Part shown: one piece after another, positions 18,354 through 28,618 of the stretch
Layout of the letters: the number at the start of each line of letters is the position of its first letter
Position numbering within the stretch: position 1 is the first letter of the stretch
Source of the DNA: an uncultured Chloroflexia bacterium
GTDB taxonomy: Bacteria > Chloroflexota > Limnocylindria > Limnocylindrales > CSP1-4
Length of the DNA stretch: 64,000 bases
Assembly (NCBI GenBank): GCA_963707215.1
Contig: CAVPPB010000003.1
Coordinates: forward strand, 544,001 to 608,000
Direction: 5' to 3'
Notes under the pieces: generated by a model
What the model saw: only the letters and a program-made list of their open reading frames with translations
What the model was told of the DNA's origin: nothing
Database searches by the model: none
Position numbers and translations under genes: made by a program

Positions 18354-18596
18354 TATGGTGACGAACCAGGACGGTAATCGTCCCACCGACGATCCGGCGC
18401 GTCCATCCGCCCGACCGTCTCGTGGGCCGAGTCTCCCTCGCGGTCCATCGGATCGCCAGTGCCGGGCGGCTGGGCTGACGTCCCCATCGACCCGAACGAC
18501 CCTTGCCGGGGGGTGGCAGACGGTGCCACCATGCCGCCATCCAGCGGCTGCCCAGCGGCCCACGGGGCCGCAGCCGCGTCACCAAGGAGGGATCCG

Positions 18597-19010
18597 TTGG
18601 CCAAGCCGTTCGGCGCCATCATCCTGGCCGCTTTCTCCTTCGTCCAGGGCCTCTACCAGGCCTACATCGCCGCGGTCTACATGGGCTGGGCGACCTTCGA
18701 GATCATCGGCGTGGACCTGAAGTTCACCGAGCCCCAGTGGGGCAAGGTCATCATGACCGTGGCCGTCGCCCTGATCTACTTCTGGGTCAGCTACGGCTTC
18801 TGGACCGTCCGTCTGTGGGCCTGGCTGTACGGGGTGATCATCTCCGGCTTCAACGTCTTCTGGCTCCTGCTCCTGGTGCTGGGTGACGTCACCCTGGAGG
18901 CGGTCATCGTGCCGGTCCTGATCTCGGGCGGCGTGCTCCTGTACCTGCTCTACCCGGGCACCCGTGACGCCTTCGCGGCCTCCGAGGTTGAGCGGGCCAC
19001 CGGGATCTGA
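18597..19010 (+). CDS. Small multi-pass membrane protein of unknown function
   Basis: AAGGAGG RBS before a TTG start; about 4 hydrophobic helices; strongly GC3-biased codons. Confidence 0.8.
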   Translation: MAKPFGAIILAAFSFVQGLYQAYIAAVYMGWATFEIIGVDLKFTEPQWGKVIMTVAVALIYFWVSYGFWTVRLWAWLYGVIISGFNVFWLLLLVLGDVTLEAVIVPVLISGGVLLYLLYPGTRDAFAASEVERATGI

Positions 19011-19127
19011 CCCCGGACACAGAGCCTGTCGGCCCGCCCATCGTCGAGCCAGGGCAGCTCTGGTCCCACCGCCGTCGCCCCGGGTCCATCGGGCCGCCCG
19101 TCCCGTGAGCCGGGCAGTGCCCCGGCG

Positions 19128-20540
19128 TCAGGCGGAGGCCGCGGGCGTCCCGACCGATGGCTCGGTCGTCCCCGCCGAAGGCTCGGTGGTCCCGGCCGTC
19201 TGCATCTCCTCGTCGGGCTCGGAGCCGGCCGTTGGCTCCTCGAGCGGCGGTACCAGCGGGGTCCCCGTGATCAGCCTCGTGCCTCGGCCGCTCGTGACGA
19301 AGCTCCAGGCCCAGCGGACGAGGACGATGATCCGGTTGGCGAAGCCGATCAGGTAGAAGATGTGGATGCCGAGCCACAGCGCCCAGGCGATGAAGCCGGA
19401 CCGGCGACCGAGCGGACCGAGCCACGAGATGTTCGTCACGCCCGACAGGCGCCCGATCACCGCCACGTCGCCCTTGTCGCTGTAGCGGAACGGCGGCGTC
19501 GGCCGCCCGTGGACGCGCCGCAGGATGGTCCGGGCGGCGTAGCGACCACCCTGGATGCCGCCCTGGGCCACTCCGGGGACCGGCCGATCCTCGTGCCAGG
19601 GCATCACCGCAGCGTCCCCAACGACGAACAGCTCCGAGAGGCCCGGGATCGTGAGGTCCGGCCCGACGATGACCCTGCCGGCCCGGTCGGTGGCGGCCCC
19701 GGTGGCGGCGGCGACCGTCCGGACGAAGCTCGAGGCCTGGACGCCGGCCGCCCAGAGGACCGTGCGGGCCGGCAGCCGCTCCTCGAGGTCACCGACCCGG
19801 ACCCCGACGCCGCGATCGTCGATCGAAGTGACCAGGGTCCCGGTCCGCACGACGACCCCGAGGCGCTCGAGCTGGCGGCGAGCCGATGCGGACCGGTCGG
19901 GCGGGTAGGTCTGCAGCACGCGGTCGACCGCCTCGATGAGGACGATCCTGGCATCGGGCGGGTTGATCGAGCGGAAGTCGCGGCGGAGCGTGTCGTTGGC
20001 GATCTCGCCCAGGGCGCCGGCCAGCTCGACCCCGGTGGGGCCGCCACCGACGACCACGAACGTCATCCACTCCTCGCGTCGTTCGGGGTCGCCCTCGCGC
20101 TCGGCCGCCTCGAAGGCGATGAGGATCCGGCGCCGGATCTCCGTGGCATCCTCGATGGACTTGAGGCCCGGCGCGACGGCTGCCCAGTCGTCCCGGCCGA
20201 AGTACGAGTGACGGGCCCCCGTCGCGACGACCAGCGTGTCGTACGGGACCGTCGCCCCGTCGCTGAGCCGGACCTCGCGAGCGTCGGGGTCCAGCCCGAC
20301 CGCCTCGCCGAGCAGGACCGTGACGTTGCGCTGGCGACGGAAGATCGAGCGCAGCGGCTGGGCGATGTCGCCCGGCGACACGGCCCCGGTGGCGACCTGG
20401 TACAGGATCGGCTGGAAGAGGTGGAAGTTGCGCCGATCGACGAGGCTGACCGCGACGGCCGGGTCGCGCAGGGTGCGGGCGGCGTAAAGGCCGGCGAAAC
20501 CGCCGCCGACGATGACCACCCGGTGGGGACGCTGGGTCAT
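19128..20540 (-). CDS. ndh: Type II NADH dehydrogenase
   Basis: VVIVGGGFAG, HLFQPILYQVATG, APGLKSIEDA, VVVGGGPTGVELAG, FRYSDKG. Confidence 0.93.
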   Translation of the reverse strand: MTQRPHRVVIVGGGFAGLYAARTLRDPAVAVSLVDRRNFHLFQPILYQVATGAVSPGDIAQPLRSIFRRQRNVTVLLGEAVGLDPDAREVRLSDGATVPYDTLVVATGARHSYFGRDDWAAVAPGLKSIEDATEIRRRILIAFEAAEREGDPERREEWMTFVVVGGGPTGVELAGALGEIANDTLRRDFRSINPPDARIVLIEAVDRVLQTYPPDRSASARRQLERLGVVVRTGTLVTSIDDRGVGVRVGDLEERLPARTVLWAAGVQASSFVRTVAAATGAATDRAGRVIVGPDLTIPGLSELFVVGDAAVMPWHEDRPVPGVAQGGIQGGRYAARTILRRVHGRPTPPFRYSDKGDVAVIGRLSGVTNISWLGPLGRRSGFIAWALWLGIHIFYLIGFANRIIVLVRWAWSFVTSGRGTRLITGTPLVPPLEEPTAGSEPDEEMQTAGTTEPSAGTTEPSVGTPAASA

Positions 20541-20644
20541 GGCCCGATGATGGCATCCCGGCCGCCGACGGTCCACGGCGAGCAGGCTTCGAAGCGGTAG
20601 CCGCGGGGTTCGTCCGTCTGCCCGAGGCCGGCGCAGCCCGATGG

Positions 20645-23095
20645 TCAGCGCCCGGCAAGCTCCGTCAGGACCTCGTCCATCTGCTCGACGAGCAGGTCGG
20701 CGTGCTCGCGGCGGAAGACGAGCGGCGGCCGGATCTTGATGACGTTGCCATCGCGTCCGGTCGTCCCGACCAGCACCCCCCGATCCCGGAGCGCTTCGGC
20801 GACGTCGGTGGCGAGCCGCCCGGCCGGCTCCCGACTCGAGCGGTCCGCGACCAGCTCGACGCCGATGAGCAGCCCGGTCCCCCGCACGTCACCGACCGGC
20901 TCGTGGTGCCCGGCGAGCTCGCCGAGCCGTCCCAGGAGGTAGGTCCCGACCGCGGCGGCATTTGCCACCAATCCTTCGTCCTCGATCACGTCGAGCACCG
21001 CCAGGGCGGCCGCGCAGGCCACCGGGTTGCCGCCGAAGGTGCTGAACCACTCGGTCCGCTTGGCCAGGCGGTCGACGATCTCGCCCCGCGTGATGACCGC
21101 GGCCACGGGGAAGCCATTGCCCATCGGCTTCCCGGTCGTGACGATGTCAGGCACGGCGCCGGCCGCGGCGAAGGCCCAGAGGTGCGACCCCGTCCGGCCG
21201 TGCCCCGCCTGGACCTCGTCGGCAACGAACAGCCCACCGGCGACGTGGGTCCGCTCGACGAGTCCGCGGGCGTAGGCGGGAGGCGGCGCCAGGACCCCGT
21301 CGCTCGTCAGCCCACCGTCGAGATAGGCGGCTGCCAGCCGGTGTCCCCGCCCACCGAGTGTCTGCGCCACGTCGTCCAGCGTCGCGGCGTAGCGCTCGGC
21401 CCATCCCGGCTCCTCGCGCCGGTACGGGCCGCGGTAGCCATCGGGCGCGGGGATCGTCTCGATGTGGTCCGGCCGGGTGGCCTCGACCCATTCCTCGGGC
21501 GAGAGGTCGGCGGTCACGGTCGTCACGCCGTGGTAGGCATGCTCGGTCACGACGGCGCCCGACCCGTCGGTCGCCGCGACGGCCAGCCGCCAGGCCAGGT
21601 CGTTCGCCTCGCTGCCCGAGTTGACGAACAGGCAGGTGTCGAGCCCGGGCGGCATCGCCGCGACCAGGCGCTCGGCCAGCTCGACGATGGGCTCGTACAG
21701 GTAGCGGGCGTTCGTGTTGAGCCGGGCCGCTTGGCGAGCGATCGCCTCGACGACCTGGGGATGGCCGTGGCCGACGACCGGCACGTTGTTGTAGACGTCC
21801 AGGTACCGCCGGCCGTCGACGTCGAACAGCCAGACACCCTCACCGCGGTCGAGATGGAGCGGGGTCCGGTAGGTCAGGGGCGAGATCGCCGAGCCCAGCA
21901 CCGTCCGCCGGCGACGGACCAGGTCGGCGGTGGCCGCTCCCGAGGTACCGCGGTCGGTCGCCGACCCGACCGGCCGCCTCCCGAGCTCCATGGCACGCTC
22001 GAACGAGGCCCGGACGCCGCCCGGCCCGAGGGCGTCGAACCGCTCCAGGAGGGGCCAGCCCTCGTCGTCCGAGATCTGGATGTAGGCCGCGTTCTCCGGG
22101 TACATGCGGACTCGCCAGGTCGAGATCGCGACGAGCGCTGTCAGCCGGGTGGCGATGAGGTCCGGCAGCAGATCGAGCTCTTCCGGTTCGAGCCTGGTGA
22201 CCCCGTCGTAGCCTCGGACGATCGCCGCGGCGGCCTCGAACGGATCCCGGCGCCCGCCCATCTGCGATGCCGCGCTGACCGCCAGGTCGATCACCAGGGC
22301 GGTCTGGGCCATGTCCCCGAAGTCGAGGATGCCGACGACCCGCCGCCGTTCGTCGACCAGGACGTTGTCGCACGTCAGGTCGTTGTGGATGACCTGGGCA
22401 CGGAGGCCGGCGAGGGCCGCCTCCACGTGGTCGTCGAACCGGTCGACCACCCGCTCCACCATCGCCCGACGGGCCGGATCGTCGATCTCGGCCAGGAGCG
22501 GGCGGAGATCGCTGCCGTGGCGAACGTCCCAGAGCAGCGCGTTCGAGGCCGCCGGGTGGATCAGTCCGCGGAGCGCACGCCCGGTGCGGGCCACGATCGC
22601 GCCGAAGCCGGGCAGCGCGGTCAGGGGCAGGACACAGACGTGCGGCTGGCCACCCTCCAGGTAGCTCAGCAGGCGGACCGGGTGGGTGAGGCCGTCGGAC
22701 GTCGCCACGGGGACCCAGGACCGGCCATCCGCGGCCGCCATGACGCGGGGGATGGGGAGGCCCGGATCGACCCGGGCGATGTGCTCGAGCGCGGCGACCT
22801 GGAGGTCGATGAAGGCCTCGTCCTCGGCGCTGTTGGCGATCTTGAGGACGTAGGCGTTCCCGTCTGCGATCCGGATCCGGAAGTTGCGGTCGCGCTCGCT
22901 GTCGAGGAGCGCCATGTCCCCACGGATCCCGAACCAACGCTCGGCGATAGCGCCTGCCTCGGCGAGGTCGACGTCGGGCGGGGTCGCGGCGAGCGCCCGC
23001 AGCGACGGGCGCAGCGCGGCGGTCGGTCCATCGGCCTCGCTCCGGACCGTCCGCTCGGGCTGTGGCGCCTCGGCGCTGGTGCCGGACTCGCTCAC
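20645..23095 (-). CDS. Aminoglycoside-phosphotransferase-like kinase fused to class III aminotransferase (hydroxylysine kinase/phospho-lyase type)
   Basis: SERDRNF, VIHNDL..DN, ILDFGD in the N-terminal half; YLDVYNNV..VGH, NSGSEAND, ADEVQAG.GRTG, GKPMGNG in the C-terminal half. AGGAGGG RBS. Confidence 0.88.
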   Translation of the reverse strand: MSESGTSAEAPQPERTVRSEADGPTAALRPSLRALAATPPDVDLAEAGAIAERWFGIRGDMALLDSERDRNFRIRIADGNAYVLKIANSAEDEAFIDLQVAALEHIARVDPGLPIPRVMAAADGRSWVPVATSDGLTHPVRLLSYLEGGQPHVCVLPLTALPGFGAIVARTGRALRGLIHPAASNALLWDVRHGSDLRPLLAEIDDPARRAMVERVVDRFDDHVEAALAGLRAQVIHNDLTCDNVLVDERRRVVGILDFGDMAQTALVIDLAVSAASQMGGRRDPFEAAAAIVRGYDGVTRLEPEELDLLPDLIATRLTALVAISTWRVRMYPENAAYIQISDDEGWPLLERFDALGPGGVRASFERAMELGRRPVGSATDRGTSGAATADLVRRRRTVLGSAISPLTYRTPLHLDRGEGVWLFDVDGRRYLDVYNNVPVVGHGHPQVVEAIARQAARLNTNARYLYEPIVELAERLVAAMPPGLDTCLFVNSGSEANDLAWRLAVAATDGSGAVVTEHAYHGVTTVTADLSPEEWVEATRPDHIETIPAPDGYRGPYRREEPGWAERYAATLDDVAQTLGGRGHRLAAAYLDGGLTSDGVLAPPPAYARGLVERTHVAGGLFVADEVQAGHGRTGSHLWAFAAAGAVPDIVTTGKPMGNGFPVAAVITRGEIVDRLAKRTEWFSTFGGNPVACAAALAVLDVIEDEGLVANAAAVGTYLLGRLGELAGHHEPVGDVRGTGLLIGVELVADRSSREPAGRLATDVAEALRDRGVLVGTTGRDGNVIKIRPPLVFRREHADLLVEQMDEVLTELAGR

Positions 23096-23141
23096 GCCAT
23101 CCCTCCTGGCTGAGGCGGTCGTCGTGTCGCCCCGGACGATG

Positions 23142-23765
23142 CTAGCCCGTGACCGCCATCCGGGTCAGCCGGTCCAGGCGGTCGACGAAGATCAGCAGCC
23201 AGGCGCCGGCGATCCCGAACCCGGCAAGCTCCATCGGGGCATAGGCGACGAGATCCACGACGGCCGCCGCGTAGAGCAGCAGGATCGCGGCGATGGCCGC
23301 CAGGGACGCCCGGCCGAACCGGTCTCCCAGAGCGGGGACGGCCAGGCGGGCCGTCAGCATCATGACCAGGAGCGAGATCGGGATGGCATAGGCGGCGGTG
23401 CCGTGGGCGAGCTCGACGAGGGGAGCGACGCCGAGCGGGAAGACCGCGACGCCCGCGAACCCCAGGCCGATCGCCCAGAAGCCGACCCGGTCCAGGACGA
23501 CCCAGCGAGGCCCCATGAGGCCGGTCCGGCCCAGGGACCGCAGCACGGCCCCCATCGCCACCGCCAGCAGGCAGCCGATGATGCCGCAGGCCAGCATCGT
23601 CGCCCGGAACCAGGCGCCGGCGGCCGGATCGGCGCTCAGCTCGCTGACCGTGAGCTGGGTCCAGCCGCTCCCGGACGCCAGCAGCATCGCGCCGGCCGTC
23701 CCTACCCCGCCGACGAGGGCCAGGGCGATCGCGACCCCGGTGGGCCGGAGGATCGGGGCGGTCAT
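23142..23765 (-). CDS. Membrane protein, DUF998-like
   Basis: MTAPILRP..., several TM helices, TVSELSA, GVAVFP..H; ATGA overlap with the upstream gene. Confidence 0.65.
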   Translation of the reverse strand: MTAPILRPTGVAIALALVGGVGTAGAMLLASGSGWTQLTVSELSADPAAGAWFRATMLACGIIGCLLAVAMGAVLRSLGRTGLMGPRWVVLDRVGFWAIGLGFAGVAVFPLGVAPLVELAHGTAAYAIPISLLVMMLTARLAVPALGDRFGRASLAAIAAILLLYAAAVVDLVAYAPMELAGFGIAGAWLLIFVDRLDRLTRMAVTG

Positions 23766-24430
23766 CCGCCGGTCGGCTGCTGGACCCCGGGCCCGGCCAG
23801 CGACCGGTCGAGGTGCCGAGCGAGCGCCAGGAGCCAGCCCCAGCAGATCGCGAAGGCCAGCATCTCCATCAGCGCGTAGGACATGATCCCGGTCACGGAG
23901 AGGACGAACATCCCGACGATCGCCGCGAGGATGACGACCGTCCGTCGCGAGAAGCGCGGGTAGGCTCGCACGGTCCCGGGGCCGATGGTGAGCATCATCG
24001 CCATCACGACCAGCGGGACCAGGAAGCCGGCCACGGTGTGGATGTTCGCGGCCCGCTGGCCCTCGTCGATGCTGAAGAGCCCGACAAGGGCGAAGGCGAG
24101 CGGGATCACGGCCAGCCCGGCGCGGGCCGCGATCGACCACCAGCGGACGGCGAGCCCGGCGGCCGTCGCGTCGCGCAGGAGCTCGTTCATGACGATGGCG
24201 ATCGGGACGAAGCCGATCCCCAGCAGCACCATCGTGACGTTGAAGGCGCGACCGCCGGCGATGTCCGTGCCCAGCGCGCTGGCGCTGACGTCCCACCACC
24301 AGAAGCTGGTAGCCATGGCCATGGCGACGGCCATCCCCAGGAGTCCGACGACCGCCTCGATGGCGAAGGCGTCGCGGATCAGGCGCCCGCGAGACCCGGC
24401 CGAGGGTCCCGCTGGGTCGGACCGGCTCAC
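23762..24430 (-). CDS. Membrane protein, DUF998-like
   Basis: WW..SASALGT, FNVTMVLLG, LVGLF...IHTVA, MEMLAFAI; 6-7 TM helices. Confidence 0.7.
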   Translation of the reverse strand: MSRSDPAGPSAGSRGRLIRDAFAIEAVVGLLGMAVAMAMATSFWWWDVSASALGTDIAGGRAFNVTMVLLGIGFVPIAIVMNELLRDATAAGLAVRWWSIAARAGLAVIPLAFALVGLFSIDEGQRAANIHTVAGFLVPLVVMAMMLTIGPGTVRAYPRFSRRTVVILAAIVGMFVLSVTGIMSYALMEMLAFAICWGWLLALARHLDRSLAGPGVQQPTGG

Positions 24431-24446
24431 GTCCGGCTCGGTCCGC

Positions 24447-27230
24447 CTACTTGTCCCGCTCGGCGGCGCCCGTCAGGACGGCCTGGGCCGCCGCAAGGCG
24501 GGCCACCGGGACGCGGAACGGGGAACAGGAGACGTAGTCGAGGCCCAGCCGCTCACACTTGGTGATCGACTCGGGATCGCCGCCGTGCTCCCCGCAGATG
24601 CCGAGCTCGATGGTCGGCTTGGTGGACCGCCCGCGCTCGACGGCGATGCCCATGAGGCCGGCGACCGCGTCGTCCAGGGTCTGGAACGGGTTGACCGGCA
24701 GGATCTGGTCCTCGACGTACTTGAGGAGGAATCCGCCCTCGGCGTCGTCACGGCTGTAGCCGAACGTCAGCTGGGTGAGATCGTTCGTCCCGAAGCTGAA
24801 GAAGTCGGCCTCGCGGGCGATCTCATCGGCGGTCAGCGCCCCGCGCGGGATCTCGATCATCGTCCCGAACTTGTAGTCGACCTCGACGCCGGCGGCAGCC
24901 TCGACCGCCTTGGCCTCGGCCTCCAGGAGGGCACGGGTCGCAGCGAGCTCGTTCACGTGGCCGACGAGCGGGATCATGATCTTGGCGATCGGGTGCCCAC
25001 CGGCCCGCTTGACGGCGATCTGGGCGTTCAGGATCGCCCGGGTCTGGATCTTCACGAAGTCGGGGATCATCAGGCCCAGGCGGCAGCCGCGCAGCCCCAG
25101 CATCGGGTTCTGCTCGTGCATCGACTGGATCGTGGCCAGCAGCTCGCGGTCCTCCTCGCTGGCGGCATCGCCCGCCTTCGTGACCTTGACCAGCTGCTCC
25201 TCCAGGTTCGGGAGGAACTCATGGAGCGGCGGGTCGATGAGCCGGATGACGACGGGGAGGCCGTCCATGGCCCGGAAGATGCCCTCGAAGTCGCCCTGCT
25301 GGAGCCGCTCGAGCTGGGCCATCGCGGCGTCGAAACGAGCGACGATCTCCTGCTCCTCGGCGTCGAGCGAGCCCCCGGACACGGCCCTGGCCTTGGCCCG
25401 GGTGGCGGCGTTGGCGACGAGGATCGCTCCGCGGACGATCTCGAGGCGCTCGCCCTCCCGGAACATGTGCTCGGTCCGGCAGAGCCCGATCCCCTCGGCG
25501 CCATAGGACCGGGCCTGGGCCGCTTCCTCGGGCTTGTCGGCGTTCGTCCAGACGCCCATCCGGCGGATGTCGTCGGCCATCCCGAGGACGCGCTGCAGGT
25601 CGGGCTGCTCCTCGAACCGTGCGGAGACGGTGGGCAAGGCTCCCACGAAGACTTCGCCGGTCGAACCGTCGAGGCTGATCCAGTCGCCCTCGGCGAAGCG
25701 CAGGCCTGACTCGCTGCTCCGGGCGGATCCCGAGGCGTAGTCGACGATCAGCTCGGCGCAGCCGGCCACGCAGGGCTTGCCGATCTGGCGAGCCACGACG
25801 GCGGCATGGGACGTCGCCCCGCCGCGGGCCGTCAGGATGCCCTGGGCGACCGCCATCCCGTGGAAGTCGTCGGGCGAGGTCTCGATCCGCACGAGGACCA
25901 CGCGCTCGCCCCGGTCGACCCACTCGACCGCGCTGTCGGCGGAGAAGACGGCCCGGCCCACGGCCGCGCCAGGCGAGGCGTTGAGGCCCTTGGCGATCCG
26001 TTCCGCGCTGGCACGCGCCTCCGGGTCGAACTGGTCGCGGAGGAGCTGGTCCACCTGGGCCGGCTCGATCCGGGCGACCGCCTCCTCGGGGGAGATGATC
26101 CCCTCGTCCACCATGTCCGAGGCGATCTTCACGGCGGCAGCTGCGGTCCGCTTGGCCGAGCGCGTCTGGAGCATGTAGAGCTTGCCCCGCTCGATCGTGA
26201 ACTCGAGGTCCTGGACGTCGCGGTAGTGGTGCTCGAGACGATCGGCGATGGCCTGGAACTCGGCGTAGACGGCCGGCATCGCCACTTCGAGATGGGCGAT
26301 CTTCTCGGGCGTCCGGATGCCGGCGACCACGTCCTCGCCCTGCGCGTTGGTCAGGTACTCGCCGTAGAGGACCTTCTCGCCGGTGTTGGGGTCGCGGGTG
26401 AAGGCGACGCCCGTGCCGGAGTCATCGCCCATGTTGCCGAAGACCATCGTCACGACGTTGACCGCCGTGCCGAGGTCGTGGGCGATCTTGTTGTAGTCGC
26501 GGTAGTCGCGGGCCCGCTTGCCGAACCAGCTGGCGAAGACCGCCTTGATGGCCAGATCGAGCTGCTCTGCCGGGTCCTCGGGGAACTCGCGGCCTGTGTC
26601 CTCGCGAACGATCCGCCGGTACTCGCCGGCGACCTCGGCCAGGGCCGTCGCGTCGAGCTCGGTGTCGGCATGGACGCCGCGGGCGTGCTTGGCCGCATCG
26701 AAGGCACGGTCGAAGCGCTCCGCGTCGACGCCCATGACGATCCGGCCGAACATCTGGATGAAGCGACGGTAGGCATCCCAGCCGAAGCGGCTGTTGCCGG
26801 TCAGGCGGATCAGGCCCTCGAGCGTCCGTTCGTTGAGGCCCAGGTTGAGGACGGTGTCCATCATCCCGGGCATCGAGAACTTGGCCCCGGAACGGACCGA
26901 CACCAGCAGCGGGTTCTCCGGGTCCCCGAAGCCCTTGCCGGTCTGGACCTCGACGACCCGGACGGCCGCGAGGACGTCCTGCCAGAGGCCCTCCGGCAAC
27001 TGCTCACCGGCGGCGAAGTAGTCGTTGCAGGCCTCGGTCGTGATCGTGAAGCCCGGTGGCACCGGCAGCCCGGCGTTCGTCATCTCGGCCAGCCCGGCCC
27101 CCTTCCCGCCGAGCAGGTCGCGCATCGTCGCGTCGCCATCGGCGCGGCCGTCACCCCAGGCGTAGGTGTAGCGCTTCGACGCGAGATGGGTGGAGCCGGA
27201 CGTGGTCGCGGGGCCGCTGGTATCGGTCAT
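24447..27230 (-). CDS. ppdK: Pyruvate, phosphate dikinase
   Basis: LLGGKGAGLAEM, PLLVSVRSGA, GGATSHAAVVAR, GIGLCRTEHMF, SFGTNDLTQ, GICGEHGG. Confidence 0.98.
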   Translation of the reverse strand: MTDTSGPATTSGSTHLASKRYTYAWGDGRADGDATMRDLLGGKGAGLAEMTNAGLPVPPGFTITTEACNDYFAAGEQLPEGLWQDVLAAVRVVEVQTGKGFGDPENPLLVSVRSGAKFSMPGMMDTVLNLGLNERTLEGLIRLTGNSRFGWDAYRRFIQMFGRIVMGVDAERFDRAFDAAKHARGVHADTELDATALAEVAGEYRRIVREDTGREFPEDPAEQLDLAIKAVFASWFGKRARDYRDYNKIAHDLGTAVNVVTMVFGNMGDDSGTGVAFTRDPNTGEKVLYGEYLTNAQGEDVVAGIRTPEKIAHLEVAMPAVYAEFQAIADRLEHHYRDVQDLEFTIERGKLYMLQTRSAKRTAAAAVKIASDMVDEGIISPEEAVARIEPAQVDQLLRDQFDPEARASAERIAKGLNASPGAAVGRAVFSADSAVEWVDRGERVVLVRIETSPDDFHGMAVAQGILTARGGATSHAAVVARQIGKPCVAGCAELIVDYASGSARSSESGLRFAEGDWISLDGSTGEVFVGALPTVSARFEEQPDLQRVLGMADDIRRMGVWTNADKPEEAAQARSYGAEGIGLCRTEHMFREGERLEIVRGAILVANAATRAKARAVSGGSLDAEEQEIVARFDAAMAQLERLQQGDFEGIFRAMDGLPVVIRLIDPPLHEFLPNLEEQLVKVTKAGDAASEEDRELLATIQSMHEQNPMLGLRGCRLGLMIPDFVKIQTRAILNAQIAVKRAGGHPIAKIMIPLVGHVNELAATRALLEAEAKAVEAAAGVEVDYKFGTMIEIPRGALTADEIAREADFFSFGTNDLTQLTFGYSRDDAEGGFLLKYVEDQILPVNPFQTLDDAVAGLMGIAVERGRSTKPTIELGICGEHGGDPESITKCERLGLDYVSCSPFRVPVARLAAAQAVLTGAAERDK

Positions 27231-27458
27231 CTGGGGGTCGGTCCTCCGGGGCGTGACGCGCGGTCGGCAGGCCCCGACCGCGGGGATGCACGAGGGGTGC
27301 CGGCTGATTGTAGGCGAGGTCACCCGACGACGACTCGCGTGGGCGGCTCGCGTGGGCGGCTCGCGGCGTGCAGCCGCTCGACCGGGTCCGGCAGCGCCCT
27401 GGGTCGCGGACGACGACCGCGGGCATCGGGGCGCCCGCTGCGTCGCTAGACTGCGGCA

Positions 27459-27650
27459 ATGGATACACCGACGCTCATCGGCACCGGGTTCGTCGTCCTC
27501 GGCCTGGTCGTCTGGCTCGTCTGCGCCTACCTCGCCTACCGTTCCGCGCCGCGGTACCACCGCCGGCCGTGGGTCTGGGGCGTGCTGGGGGTCATCTTCG
27601 GCCCGTTCGCCCTGTTCGCCCTCACGCTGCTCCCCAAGCGCCAGGGCTAG
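27459..27650 (+). CDS. Small two-TM membrane protein
   Basis: 63 aa with two hydrophobic segments (W..LG..FGP motif); TAGACT -10-like box 6 nt before the ATG. Confidence 0.7.
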   Translation: MDTPTLIGTGFVVLGLVVWLVCAYLAYRSAPRYHRRPWVWGVLGVIFGPFALFALTLLPKRQG

Positions 27651-27778
27651 CCTCGGACGACGACGGCGCCGAGGAGCTCGGTCCGTCGGTCGTACACTGG
27701 GAGCCGGCGCTCCCGGCTGCCGCGTGCCGGGTCCGTGCGCCGACAACGAAGCCACCTGCGACCCTGCGAGGCCAGCCC

Positions 27779-28600
27779 ATGACCCAGCTGCCAGAGGACT
27801 CCCGCGTCATCGCCGAGGACGCCGAGCAGTACAACGCGTCGCTGGTCCGGCGCGTCGACCTGTCCAACGACCTCGCCTACCTGTGGGTCCGCTTCGACGG
27901 GCCCCCGGTCCACTTCGAGCCCGGTCAGTACATGACGATCGGGATCGTCGCCGACGACAAGATGCTCCAGCGGCCGTACTCGGTGGCCTCGGCCCCCAGC
28001 GTGGCCGGGACGGAGGGCTACGAGTTCTTCGTCCGGCTCGTGCCGATCATCCGGTTCACGACGGCGCTGTGGCGCCTGCCGGTGGGTCAGCGGATGCGGA
28101 TGATCGGGCCCAAGGGACGCTTCATGCTCGAGCCGGAGGACGACCGGACGCACCTCTACGTCTCGACCGGGACCGGCATCGCGCCGTTCATCTCGATGAT
28201 CCGCGAGACCCGGGGCCAGGGTCGGCCGCGCAAGACGGTCGTCGTCAACGGGGTCTCGTACGCCGACGAGCTCGGCTACCGCGACGAGCTGGAGGCGTTC
28301 GAGGAGTACGGCGGCTATCCGCTGGCCTACGTGCCGACCGTGTCGCGGCCCGCCGACCCCCGCAACGCTGGCTGGACGGGCCGGACCGGGCGCGTCGAGG
28401 GGGTCATCCGGGACGTCTGCCGCGACCTGAAGCTCCGCCCCGAGAAGACGGTCGTCTACATCTGCGGCAACCCGGAGATGATCCTCAACGTCGAGTCGGT
28501 CCTGATGGACGCCGGCTTCCCCGAGTTCCACGTCAAGAAGGAGCTCTACTGGCCGAAGGGGAAGGCCCCGGCCAAGGCCCCGGCCCCGACCGCCGGCTAG
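27779..28600 (+). CDS. fpr: Ferredoxin/flavodoxin-NADP+ reductase
   Basis: FEPGQY, QRPYSVAS, STGTGIAPF, VSR, VYICGNPEMI, ELYW. Confidence 0.88.
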   Translation: MTQLPEDSRVIAEDAEQYNASLVRRVDLSNDLAYLWVRFDGPPVHFEPGQYMTIGIVADDKMLQRPYSVASAPSVAGTEGYEFFVRLVPIIRFTTALWRLPVGQRMRMIGPKGRFMLEPEDDRTHLYVSTGTGIAPFISMIRETRGQGRPRKTVVVNGVSYADELGYRDELEAFEEYGGYPLAYVPTVSRPADPRNAGWTGRTGRVEGVIRDVCRDLKLRPEKTVVYICGNPEMILNVESVLMDAGFPEFHVKKELYWPKGKAPAKAPAPTAG

Positions 28601-28618
28601 CCGGAATGGGCCGGCGCG

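Noticed and set aside
19155-19200. Duplicated AGTTEPS at the Ndh C-terminus; PT/PS tail of CdaR (about 61797-61850)
   Set aside because: Short low-complexity tails are common in this genome, with no evidence of a special function.
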